Shown here: piece by piece, positions 25,401-37,158 of the stretch
Layout of the letters: every line of letters starts with the position of its first letter
Numbering within the stretch: position 1 is the stretch's first letter
NCBI RefSeq assembly: GCF_009834535.1
Contig: NC_045696.1
Coordinates: forward strand, 76,324,001-76,388,000
Reading direction: 5' to 3'
Source of the DNA: Camelus ferus
Taxonomy: Eukaryota
Length of the DNA: 64,000 bases
Translations under genes and position numbers: made by a program
Notes under the pieces: model-generated
Database searches by the model: none
Seen by the model: only the letters and a program-made list of their open reading frames with translations
Told to the model about the DNA's origin: nothing

Positions 25401-26841
25401 GATAATTTTAATTTGTATTTGTGTTCCTTTCTGTATTTACTAAATTTTTTGTAATTTAGAGCCAAACGTAAGTTCATGTAAATCCTATAAATGCATCTAA
25501 GAAGGGGGAAATGACCCAGAAACACATTAATGACATTATATATAAGCTACAGGCAATGGAAATGGAACACGGAGGAATGAAGTTCACAGATTTTGCAACT
25601 CCATTAAAGGCAAATCACCTGAACTGTAAGTTATCTGTGACGTTAGGAAGGGTCCCAGAGCAAACCAGCAGCAGTACAGCTGCACAGAGGGGAGCGAGCA
25701 CTCTGTGTGGATCTGGAAATCAGGTTCTCTAGATATTCAGTGAATGACATCCTACATGGCAGTGTGAAAGCCACTTAATCTCCCCAGTCTCCTAGCCATT
25801 AGAATATCTTCTTTTCCACAGGCAAAGCTTCTGCTTCAAGTTAATGGAAACTGAGAGAATTGGGACATCTCTCCCTTTGCTTTTTCTCTCTGTCAAACCA
25901 AGATAAAGGTTTTATTCGAACTTTTTTATTTGAAGAGAAGCAGCACCTGAATGAAATTTGGTCATGATCAGATCTTAAAGAATTAGGAATTTTCCAGACA
26001 CCCACATAAATGATACAATGCCTTGAAGAATGAGGGGGGAAATTGTTCTGAACAAAAACATAGCTATCTAGGCAGTCTTCCTTGAAATAAAAGATTTTCC
26101 ATATTTGTACATTTATAAAAGTAATGTCTATCAAGAAAAAAATTGAAAGAAATTTTAAATTAAAGATTTAATTTAATGAAAATGATTCAAGCTTTTACAT
26201 TTTAGTACACCGACAAATACAATTTTTTTAAAAATTTGAATAGCAGTAGCTAGGTTAACTCTTCTTTTTTCCTGGAGGTTTAATTTGACCATGACGCCTT
26301 CCTTGAAAAATTCAGTTTAAAGTCTTGCTTCTACATGTTTTAATAATTGCATTTAATCTCCCACAATCTGTCCAATTTGAAAGGGCAAAAGGGTATAAGA
26401 ACAAAGATTACTGATTTTTTTGTTTACCCAATTCTGCAATTAACTAACTAAAATTAATCAGTAATCTTGAAAACTTGTTTGATATATAAGAACCACACAG
26501 TGCTGCTAACCAAATATCTGTTCAGTGAATGAATGAATGAATGCTCAAATAATACTGTTTTCTCATCCTGTCACTAGATGACTTGCCCTAACCTTCTATG
26601 GCCTAATGTTCCTGTTAAGCTATAGCCACAGGTCCCAAACACAAATCAGCTGATGAATACCAACCCATTAACCGCAATGAAATTCTCAAGAGCTCGCATA
26701 CAGTGAGAGGAATTAAAGAAGGACAATATAGCTGATTCATAAGGCCAAAGGTACCCCATTTAAAGGACTCTCCTGCAGTCTGAGAGTATGTCCTGTGTAT
26801 TCCTTTGGAGTGGCAATATATTTTCTTCCATGAAATGATGT

Positions 26842-27710
26842 TTTGAAATTTTTTATTGAAGTATGGCCAATTTACAATGCTGTGTTAGTTTCCAGTGTAG
26901 AGCATAGTAATTCAGTTATATATATATATATATTCCTTTTCGTATCCTTTTTTATTATAGGTCATTACAAAGTATTGCATATAGTTCCCTATGCTGTACA
27001 GTAAGACCTTGCTGTTTATCTGTTTTATATATAGTAGTTAGCATCTGCAAATCCCAAACTGCCAATTTATCCCTCCACCTCCCCCCTTCCCCTCAGGTAA
27101 CCATAAGTTTTTTTCTATGTCTGTGAGTCTGTTTCTGCTTTGTAAATAAATTCATTTGTATTACTTTTTTAGATTCCACATATTACTGATATATGGTACT
27201 TTTCTTTCTCTTTCTGGCTTACTTCACTTAGAATGACAATCTCTAGATCCAACCATGTTGCTGCAAATGGCATTATTTTATTGTTTTTTAATGGCTTAGT
27301 AGTATTCTATTATATAAATATACCACACTCCTTTTATCCAGTCATCTGTCAATGGACATTTAGGTTGCTTCCATGTCTTGGCTATTGTAAATAGTGCTAT
27401 TATGAACATTAGAGTGCATGTATCTTTTTGAATTAGAGTTCCTTCCAGATATATGCCCAGGAGTGGGATTGCTGGATCATATGCTAAATCTATCTTTAGC
27501 TTTTTAAGGAATCTCCATACTGTTTTCCATAGTGACTGCACCAAACTACATTCCCACCAACTGTGTAGAAGGGTTCCCTTTTCTCCACACCCTCTCCAGC
27601 ATTCATCATTTGTGGACATTTGAATGATGGCCATTCTGACTGGTGTGAGGTGATATCTCACTGTAGTTTTGATTTGCATTTCTCTGATAATTAGTGATGT
27701 TAAGCATTTT
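26842..27710 (-). mobile_element. 5'-truncated L1 (ORF2 C-terminus plus 3'UTR), older than the neighbouring full-length copy
   Basis: ORF 27296-27679(-) encodes the L1 ORF2 CCHC region (MQIKTT...[18 protein letters not shown]) with a premature stop; 3'UTR runs to a T tract near 26850; possible short TSD tgaaatgat at 26831 and 27710. Confidence 0.93.
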
Positions 27711-28231
27711 GAAATGATTTAAAATGCTAATAACTGTTGGAGGTTTTTAGGGTCTTTCTTTACTTGGCAAAATATAAAGTCCACAACCTTAAGTCAGTGC
27801 CCACTTTTTTCTAATTTTATTGCTCTATGAACGCTCAAAATCTGGAAACCACCAACTTACAGAGAGTGCATAACCTCAGGTACAAGAAAAGAGGAGCTTT
27901 CTTTTTTTTTTAATATTTTTTATTGATTTATAATCACTTTACAATGTTGTGTCAAATTCCAGTGTTCAGCACAATTTTTCAGTTATTCGTGGACATATAC
28001 ACACTCATTGTCACATTTTTTTCTCTGTGAGTTATCATAACATTTTGTGTATATTTCCCTGTGCTATACAGTGTAGTCTATTCTACAATTTTGAAATCCC
28101 AGTCTATCCCTTCCCACCCTCCACCCCCCTGGTAACCACAAGTCTGTATTCTCTGTCTGTGAGTCTATTTCTGTCCTTTATTTACGCTTTGTTTTTGTTT
28201 GTTTGTTTGTTTTTGTTTTTGTTTTTGTTTT

Positions 28232-31200
28232 TTAGATTCCACATATGAGCGATCTCATATGGTATTTTTCTTTCTCTTTCTGGCTTACTTCACTTAGAAT
28301 GACATTCTCCAGGAGCATCCATGTTGCTGCAAATGGCATTATGTTGTCGGTTTTTATGGCTGAGTAGTATTCCATTGTATAAATATACCACCACTTCTTT
28401 ATCCAGTCACCTGTTGATGGACATTTAGGCTGTTTCCATGTTTTGGCTATTGCAAATAGTGCTGCTATGAACATTGGGGTGCAGGTGTCATCCTGAAGTA
28501 GATTTCCTTCTGGATACAAGCCCAGGAGTGGGATTCCTGGGTCATATGGTAAGTCTATTCCTAGTCTTTTGAGGAATCTCCACACTGTTTTCCATAGTGG
28601 CTGCACCAAACTGCATTCCCACCAGCAGTGTAGGAGGGTTCCCCTTTCTCCACAGCCTCTCCAGCATTTGTCATTTGTGGATTTTGGAATGACGGCCATT
28701 CTGACTGGTGTGAGGTGATACCTCATTGTAGTTTTGATTTGCATTTCTCTGATAATTAGTGATATTGAGCATTTTTTCATGTGCTTTTTGATCATTTGTA
28801 TGTCTTCCTTGGAGAATTGCTTGTTTAGGTCTTCTGCCCATTTTTGGATTGGGTTGTTTATTTTTTTCTTATTGAGTCGTATGAGCTGCTTATATATTCT
28901 GGAGATCAAGCCTTTGTCGGTTTCACTTGCAAAAATGTTCTCCCATTCCGTAGGTTTTCTTCTTGTTTTACTTCTGGTTTCCTTTGCTGTGCAGAAGCTT
29001 GTAAGTTTTATTAGGTCCCATTTGTTTATTCTTGCTTTTATTTCTTCTAGGAGAAAATTTTTTAAATGTATGTCAGATAATGTTTTGCCTATGTTTTCCT
29101 CTAGGAGGTTTATTGTATCTTGTCTTATGTTTAAGTCTTTAATCCATTTTGAGTTGATTTTTGTATATGGTGTAAGGGAGTGTTCTAGCTTCATTGTTTT
29201 ACATGCTGCTGTCCAGTTTTCCCAACACCATTTGCTGAAGAGACTGTCTTTATTCCAATGTATATTCTTGCCTCCTTTGTCAAAGATGAGTTGACCAAAA
29301 GTTTGGGTTCATTTCTGGGCTCTCTATTCTGTTCCATCGGTCTATATGTCTGTTTTGGTACCAATACCATGCTGTCTTGATGACTGTAGCTCTATAGTAT
29401 TGTCTGAAGTCTGGGAGAGTTATTCCTCCAGCCTCTTTCTTTCTCTTCAGTAATGCTTTGGCAATTCTAGGTCTTTGATGGTTCCATATGAATTTTATTA
29501 TGATTTGTTCTAGTTCTGTGAAATATGTCCTGGGTAATTGGATAGGGATTGCATTAAATCTGTAGATTGCCTTGGGCAGTGTGACCATTTTAACAATATT
29601 GATTCTTCCAATCCAAGAGCATGGAATATCTTTCCACTTTTTAAAGTCTTCTTTAATTTCCTTCATCAATGGTTTATAGTTTTCGGTGTATAATTCTTTC
29701 ACCTCCTTGGTTAGATTTATTCCCAGATATTTTATTACTTTGGGTGCTGTTTTAAAGGGGATTGTTTCTTTACTTTCTTCTTCTGTTGATTTATCGTTAG
29801 TGTAAAGAAATGCAACTGATTTTTGAACGTTAATTTTGTAACCTGCTACCTTGCTGAATTCTTCAATCAGCTCTAGTAGCTTTTGTGTGGACCTTTTAGG
29901 GTTTTCTATATATAGTAACATGTCATCAGCATATAGTGACACTTTTACCTCTTCTTTTCCAATTTGGATCCCTTTTATTTCTTTCTCTTGCCTGACTGCT
30001 GTGGCTAGGACTTCCAGGACTGTGTTGAATAGGAGTGGTGATAGTGGGCATCCTTGTCTTGTCCCAGATTTTAGTGGCAAGCTTTGAGTTTTTCACCGTT
30101 GAGTACTATGCTGGCTGTAGGTTTGTCATATATAGCTTTTATTATGTTGAGATATGTTCCCTCTATACCCACTTTGGCGAGAGTTTTTATCATAAATGGG
30201 TGTTGAATTTTATCAAATGCTTTTTCTGCATCGATTGAGATGATCATGTGGTTTTTGTCCTTTCTCTTGTTGATATGATGTATTACATTGATTGATTTGC
30301 GTATGTTGAACCAGCCTTGTGTCCCTGGGATGAACCCCACTTGGTCATGATGTATAATCTTTTTTATGTGTTGTTGGATTCTATTTGCTAAAATTTTGGT
30401 GAGGATTTTGGCGTCTATGTTCATCAGTGATACTGGCCTATAATTCTCTTTTTTTGTAGTGTCTTTGCCTGGTTTTGGTATCAGGGTGATGGTGGCTTCA
30501 TAGAATGAGTTTGGGAGTATTCCCTCCTTTTCAATCGTCTGGAAGAGTTTGAGAAGGACTGGTATGAGTTCTTCTTTGTATGTTTGGTAGAATTCCCCGG
30601 TGAAGCCGTCCGGTCCTGGACTTTTATTTGTAGGGAGGTTTTTAATTGCTATTTCTATTTCCTTTCTAGTGATCGGATTGTTCAAGTGTTCAGATTCTTC
30701 TTGATTCAGTTTTGGTGGACAGTATGTTTCCAGAAACTTGTCCATCTCCTCTAGGTTATCCTGTTTGGTTCCATATAGTTTTTCATAATATTCTCGTATG
30801 ATATTCTGTATTTCTATTTTGTTTGTTGTAATTTCTCCATTTTCCTTTCTTATTTTGCTAATTCGTGCTCTCTCTTTTTTCTTCTTTGTGAGTTTGGCCA
30901 GAGGTTTGTCGATTTTATTTACTTTTTCAAAAAACCAGCTTTTGGTTTGGTTGATTTTTTTCTATAGTCTTGTTAATCTCTATTGTATTTAATTCCTCTC
31001 TGATCTTTATTATTTCCTTCCTTCTGCTGCTTTCTGGGGCTTTTTGTTCTTCTTTTTCTAATTCATTCAGGTGGTGGGTTAAATTGTTTATTTGAGATTG
31101 TTCTTCTTTTTTGAGGAAGGCCTGTATCGCTATAAACTTCCCTCTTAGCACTGCCTTTGCTGTGTCCCATAGGTTTTGAGTGGTTGTGCTTTCATTATCA

Positions 31201-32027
31201 TTTGTCTCAAGGTATTTTTTAATTTCAGCTTTGATTTCCTCATTGATCCATTGTTTTTTCAATAACATATTGCTTAATCTCCATGCTTTCCTTTTTTTCT
31301 CCTTTGTTTCTCTGTTGTTGATTTCCAGTTTCATGGCATTGTGGTCAGTAAAGATGCTTGAGATAATTTCTATCTTCTTAAAATTGTTGAGGTTTCTTTT
31401 GTGCCCAAGTACATGATCGATCCTGGAAAATGTTCCATGTGCACTTGAAAAGAATGTATATCCTATTTTTGGGGGGTGTAATGCTCTGAAAATATCCACC
31501 AAATCTAGTTTTTCTATTGTAGTATTTAATTTCTCTGTTGCCTTGTTTATTTTCTGTCTGGAAGATCTGTCTAGTGATGTTAATGCAGTGTTAAAATCTC
31601 CAACTATGATTGTATTCCCATCAATATCCCCCTTTATCTCTGTTAGTAATTCTTGTATGTACTTAGGTGCTCCTATATTGGGTGCATATATATTAACGAG
31701 TGTAATATCCTCATCTTGTATCACTCCTTGAATCATTATAAAATGTCCTTCTTTATCTTTCTTTATGGCCTTTGTTTTAAAGTCTGTTTTGTCTGAAATC
31801 AGTACTGCAACACCTGCTTTTTTGGCTTTTCCATTTGCATGGAATATCCTTTTCCATCCTTTCACTCTCAATCTATATGTGTCCTTCTCCCTAAAGTGGG
31901 TCTCTTGTATGCAGCATATTGAAGGTTCTTGCTTTATTATCCAGTCTGCCACTCTGTGTCTTTTGACTGGAGCATTTAGTCCATTAACATTTACAGTAAT
32001 TAATGATAGATGTGTGTTTATTGCCAT
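28232..32027 (-). pseudogene. L1 ORF2 (APE endonuclease, reverse transcriptase, CCHC domain), frameshifted
   Basis: N-terminal ITVNVNGLN, QETH, GDFN, SRIDH, TDHN endonuclease motifs; [15 protein letters not shown] and YADD; CWRGC...HCWWEC; frameshifts near 30958, 30080 and 29303 split it into four track ORFs. Confidence 0.97.
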
Positions 32028-32431
32028 TTTGAACTTATCTTTGCAGTTGAATTGGTATATCCTCTTTGTTCCTTTCTTCTTCCTTTTGTGGTTTGGTAAT
32101 TTTCCTTTGTATGATCATGGATTTTATTTACTTTTTGTGACTCCTTTGTAAATTTTTGGCTTGTGGTTACCCTTTTTTGTAAATCTGTCAACCCATTACT
32201 ATAACTGTTTTTATTAAACTGATAGTAACATGATCTCAAACCCATCCTACTGTTAAAAAAATTTTAAAAAGAAAGAAAAAAATATTCTGTATTTCCCTGC
32301 CTCCCTCTCCCACTCTCAGTGATTTGTATGTCTTCTTCTATAATTTCGTGTTTACTTTATTTGTAATTCATGAGTTATCACCTTTCCAGTTGTGCGTTTC
32401 TCATTTCTGTAGCATCCTGCTGCTTTTCTAT

Positions 32432-33332
32432 TTAGAATAGCCCTTTCAATATTTCTTTTAGCATGGGTTTAGTGTTGCTAAACTCCTGCAGCTTTTTTTT
32501 TGTCTGTGAAACTCTTTATTTCTCCTTCTATCCTCAAGGATAGCCTTGCTGGATAAAGGATCCTAGGCTGCATCTTTTTTTCATTCAGGGCTTTGAATAT
32601 ATCTTGCCACTCCCTTCTGGCCTGTAGTGTTTGTGTAGAGAAATCAGCTGAGAGCCTTATGGGGGTTCCCTTGTAACTTACTCTTTGCTTTTCTCTTGCT
32701 GCCTTTAGAATCATTTCTTTATCCTTGACTCTGGCCATCTTGATTATATGTCTTGGTGTGGGTCTATTTGGCTTCTTCCTGTTTGGGACCCTCTGAGCTT
32801 CCTGTACTTGGATATCTGATTCCTTCTTTAAGTTTGGGAAGTTTTCAGTCATGATTTCTTCAAAAACCTTTTCAATCCCCTTTGATCTTTCTTCTCCTTC
32901 TGGGACCCCTATTATGCGAAGATTGGGACGCTTTATATTATCCCATAGGTCCCTTATGCTATTTTCATTATTTTTTATTTGCTTCTCTTGTAGTTCTTCT
33001 GAATGGGTGCTTTCTATTGCCCTGTCTTCTAGATCACTAATTCGTTCCTCTGCATTATCTAGTCGGCTTTGCACAGCTATTAGATCATTCCTCATCTCTG
33101 TCAATGAGTTTACCCATTCTACTTGGCTCTTCTTTATAGCTTCAATTTCATTTTTGACATATTTTATATCTCTAAACACTATCTCTTTTAATTCCTTCAG
33201 CAATTCGATCACTCCTTTTTTGAAATCTTGATCTAGTAGGCTATCGATGTCTATTTCGTTGATCTTTCTTTCAGGGGATTTCTCTTGTTCTTTTAATTGG
33301 GAAAGGTTTTTCTGCTTCTTCATCTTGCTCAT
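32432..33332 (-). pseudogene. L1 ORF1 (coiled-coil/RRM/CTD RNA chaperone), +1 frameshift near the C-terminus
   Basis: LWDNIKRPNLRIIGVPEGEE, ENFPNL, ARREW, YPARLS motifs; removing one A from the A9 run (32493-32501) restores DKKKLQEFSNTKPMLKEILKGLF*. Confidence 0.95.
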
Positions 33333-33819
33333 ACCTCTTTGGCACTGTGGTTTATGGAGTATCAGTTGTTTATTTTGGTCCTTAAGGATTTTATCTATCT
33401 GATGCCTATTTAGGAATACAACTTAGGAAAAAAAGAAAAAAAATAAGAGAGAGAGAGAGAGAAAGAAGTTTAAAAGAAGGGAGAAAGAGGGTTTGAAAAC
33501 AGTGTATAATGAATAATAGAAGAGTGAGTTGAAGCAGAGTATTAATCGGGTTGAGACGTCCTTTTGAAACCTTTACAAAAAAAGGGGGGGGGGGAGATGA
33601 ATAGATGTATTTGAAACCTGTGTCTAATCAATAGCAGGACATCAAAACCAAAGAGAAATAGAAATGAATTAAGAAGTAAAGATTAAGAGAGTAATAGAAA
33701 ATAGAACAGGTAAAAACAGATATAAAAAAAAAGGGGGGGGGGGATTTGTCGGTGTTCTCCTGGAGTCTGTGTGCTTTTACTGTGAAGTCTTTCTGTCTTC
33801 GTCCTGTTTTGGAAGCTCA

Positions 33820-35023
33820 GCTTGCTGTTTTCAGAGGCCCTCCGTTGGCGCCCTCTTCTGTGCTGCTCCCAGCACCTGTCGGCAAGCAGATCGCACCTCC
33901 TCCTAACACTGGGTCAGGTGCAGCTCTCTGCTGTGTGCGGGCGGGTCGCTGCCCCTCCGGATGCCGCAGTCAGATGTTGTAGACTGGCCGGGTAGGAGGG
34001 CGGGTCGTGCCCCCTCCCAGCACCTCGGTCAGGGGCTGTGTTCCTGCCCGAAAGGCGGGGGGCCACTCTCGCTCTACCTGCGCGGCCGCCGGTAGCTCCG
34101 CTGCTCTGTGCGGCTGCGCGCTCCGCCCTGGTCGGCGCTCCGCAGGTGCGCTCGGGAAAGACCGAGGGATAGCCCTGTCCCTGCTCCGAGCCAAAACCCA
34201 GCTCCTTGTTTGTCTTTGTGGAGCAAGTTCTCTGAGGGACCAGGATGGAAGGATCCTATCTGCCCCGGGCTGCAGGCCAGTCTCAGTCTGGCCTTTGAGG
34301 CTGCTAAGCCCTTCGGTGCGGATGCAGGTTTCGCCCGCGCCCCCGCCTGAGTGCTCAGCGCGGAGGATATGGCGGCTGTGCCTGAGCCCCGCCTCTCTTC
34401 CCCCGAAAACTTTCCGCGGGTTTTCAGAGATGGGGGTGTGCACCCTTCCCCCGAGAGCACATCAACCTTGCTGTTTTATGGAGGGCCCAGGTTGTTCTGC
34501 CCTGTGCACCCACAGTCACAGCGCGCAGCCCCTTGCGTTCCCCCGGGGCTGCCTCCGTGCAGCCACTTCCGTCTTCCGCCCGGCTTGTGCAGCCTGGCCC
34601 TGCCTGCCACTGCCGGCCCGCGTCTCAGGCTGGGTGTCGGGGGGGGGGAGACGCTCTGTGCCCGTTTAACTTAGTTCTGTTAGTGAAGGGCTGCTCTGTA
34701 CAGATCCGAGCCTCGGAGGCTCCCCCTCCGTCCCGCTGGCCTCTCAGTTGGAGAGGGGAGACCCAGCGAGCGAACGCCAGTCCTCCTTTGCTGCTCCCTC
34801 CCCACGGGACCCGTCCCGCGCTGCTTTGCCTTTTGTTCTTTCTTTTTTCCTTTTCTCCTACCAGATTTTTGGCGTCTTTATCTTTTGAAGAGGGCGATGT
34901 TCTGTCGGAGTTCCCCAGGTGCTCTGGTTGGCTGAGTGGGTCTGTAGATGCGGGTCTTGGTGTATTTGTGGGAGAGGGTGACCTGCGAGCGTCCTTCTAC
35001 TCTGCCATCTTCTCCGTCTCTCC
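33820..35023 (-). promoter_or_regulatory. L1 5'UTR internal promoter / CpG island
   Basis: The only CpG-dense, GC-rich block in the window; begins GGAGAGACGGAGAAGATGGC with a YY1-type AAGATGGC motif at 35004-35011. Confidence 0.85.
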
Positions 35024-36149
35024 AAGAGGAGCTTTCTTTTTCCATCCCCAGGTTTGTTGCTCCTGAGAGGAAAGAGTCTAGTAGCTGCTCTTCTACATCA
35101 AACTTGTCAAACTCTTCCACCCCCACAATCTCCTAAATGCAAAGAGGTAGCTGGTTAACCACTCTTTACAGCACAGTGGAATAGCAGACCATTTATTACA
35201 GGGAGAAATGATGTACTGCAATTTCATTGACTGTCTCTCTCACGGTCCCTTCTAGAAAACTGCCATGCAGGCAGGTTTAGGATTGACATCTGCCCCGAGG
35301 CCAGCCAATTCATTTCCTAACCAATTACAGACAAGATCCCCTCTCTCTAAATCTGTGCTAACAGGACATAAAGACGGTCTGTGATGAGCACTGGGCCTGA
35401 GAGGCCAGGATCCAAAGTTGGGGTCAATGAAGTCATTGTGTAGAGGCACATCCAGTGTGTGAGCGGGGCAAGCTGGGCAAGAAAAACATCAGAGAGGGCT
35501 TACAGACTGAAACAAACTCCTCAGAAATCGTGAAAGTAGCTTCATTTTTTTATTTCCAACTCCCAACTCCAGCTGGATTCTATGAGTTCCTTATTTAACC
35601 CCTTCTTCCGCCATCTCCCTTTTTGTACTTGAACTGGTGAATATCTGTTCCTTGTCTGAAAGAACATTGTCTAGAATTGAAAACATGGACTAACATTCAT
35701 GCATTCTCACAAGAGTGATTTACTGTTGTTTTTTGCCCAAGGTTTTTCGTTTGTTTGGATTTTGGTTTTTATTTGCCAGAGTTTTCTCTTCCTTATTTCT
35801 GCAGCACTAACAATATCCAAACCGTCAGTCATACTTCCTCCTCTATGTTCCCTTTAAGCACTGTGCAAAAATATTTTTCCATGCATGAGAAAAAGAGCAG
35901 CTTTCACCACTTCCCCTCACCCTGCATCCACATCTTCACCATAATCTAGATTTGATCTTGTGTCCAATCCCAGCCTGGTCCCCTGCTCAGACTGCATAAC
36001 GAGGTAAGCACCACAGAGAGCTCAGAACCACAGAGAGCACATCAGTGACTCCACTGGGTAAAATTCCTCGTCTCTGTCATTCTTCTATTGAGACACAATC
36101 TAGAGAGGCGAAGTGAGAATTTAATGTCACACAAGGAAGGGGGAAGGAG

Positions 36150-36420
36150 AGTAACATTTATTTAATCTTTTCAACAATCCTAAAAGGTAAAATGTTATCC
36201 CCATTTCCTATAAAAGGAAACTAAGCCTCACAAGACTCACCGACGGTTTACCAAAGATCACATATCCAGTAAGGGCTGAGACCAGGCTTTGAGTGAAACT
36301 TATTAACTCCAAAGTCTATACTTGTTTAAAAATACATCCTTCTGCCTCCAAATTTTTAGTGGTCAAACCACACCTAAACCCAAATCACAAGACACCTGAC
36401 TCCTAGACATAGTGCTCTCT
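36150..36420 (+). mobile_element. MIR SINE fragment(s)
   Basis: ttatccccatttcctataaaaggaaactaagcctca...ccaaagatcacatatccagtaag. Confidence 0.6.
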
Positions 36421-36624
36421 CCATGAATTATTTAGTAACAGCTCAGAGAAAAAGCTGCAGAGATATGACATTGGGTAGAAAAGAAGAAGGGAGGGCAGCT
36501 GAGAGCACTCCTATTGCCTCAGCCCTCTCCCATCTTCTTCTCTGGCCTTCATCAAATAAGCACATGATTCAGAGCCATCTTCAGCTTGTGGTTCTGAGTC
36601 ACTGCCCCTACCAAGTCCAGCCGC

Positions 36625-37158
36625 CTTAGCGGCTGCCAATGATCCTCACCTGATAGTATCATATTCCTGTGTTATATTCTCTTTCCTTGTACCTTCATTG
36701 GTCTGGATAACCAACAGCATATGACAGAAGTGATGTAGCATCACTTCTGAGAGTAGGTTATTTTAAAAATACTACTTCTGTCTTGAGTGCTCTCTCTCTC
36801 TCTGTCTCTCTCTCCCCTTCTCTTGGATCACTCACTCTAGGTGAAGCCAGCTGCCATGTCATGAAGACACACTGGTAGCCTACAGAAAGTCTCATGTGGT
36901 AAGGAAGTAAAGTCTTCAGCCAACAGTCAATAAGGAAATAGTCTATCAGCAACCATGCTAAGAAGAGACTCCTTTTCAGGCGAGGGTTCAGATGAGATTT
37001 GCAGCCCTGGCAAACAGCTTGTATGCAACTTCAGAAAAGACCCAGAACCAGAACCACCCAGCTAAACTGCTCCCAGATTCCTCATCCACAGAAAAAAAAA
37101 AAAAAAAATTCTCTTAAGTGCTACGTTTGGATGTAATTTGTTACACAGCAATAAACAA
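36625..37158 (+). mobile_element. MaLR solo LTR (MLT1F-like)
   Basis: ccaatgatcctcacct...ggcagaagtgatg-like...gaagccagctgccatgtcatgaagacac...ccagaaccacccagctaaactgctcccagattcct...gtaatttgttacacagcaata. Confidence 0.85.

Larger units (their letters stand above)
27907..35023 (-). mobile_element. Full-length LINE-1 (about 7.1 kb), young, with target-site duplication
   Basis: 5'UTR, ORF1, spacer, ORF2, 3'UTR, AATAAA (27919-27924) and short A tail; TSD aagaggagctttcttttt at 27889-27906 and 35024-35041. Confidence 0.98.

Noticed and set aside
28734..33231. Plus-strand hydrophobic ORFs (e.g. 28734-29294, 31765-32151, 32851-33231)
   Set aside because: Antisense shadows of A-rich L1 ORF1/ORF2
33820..35023. 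CpG island as a host gene promoter
   Set aside because: Lies wholly inside the TSD-bounded L1 and is its 5'UTR
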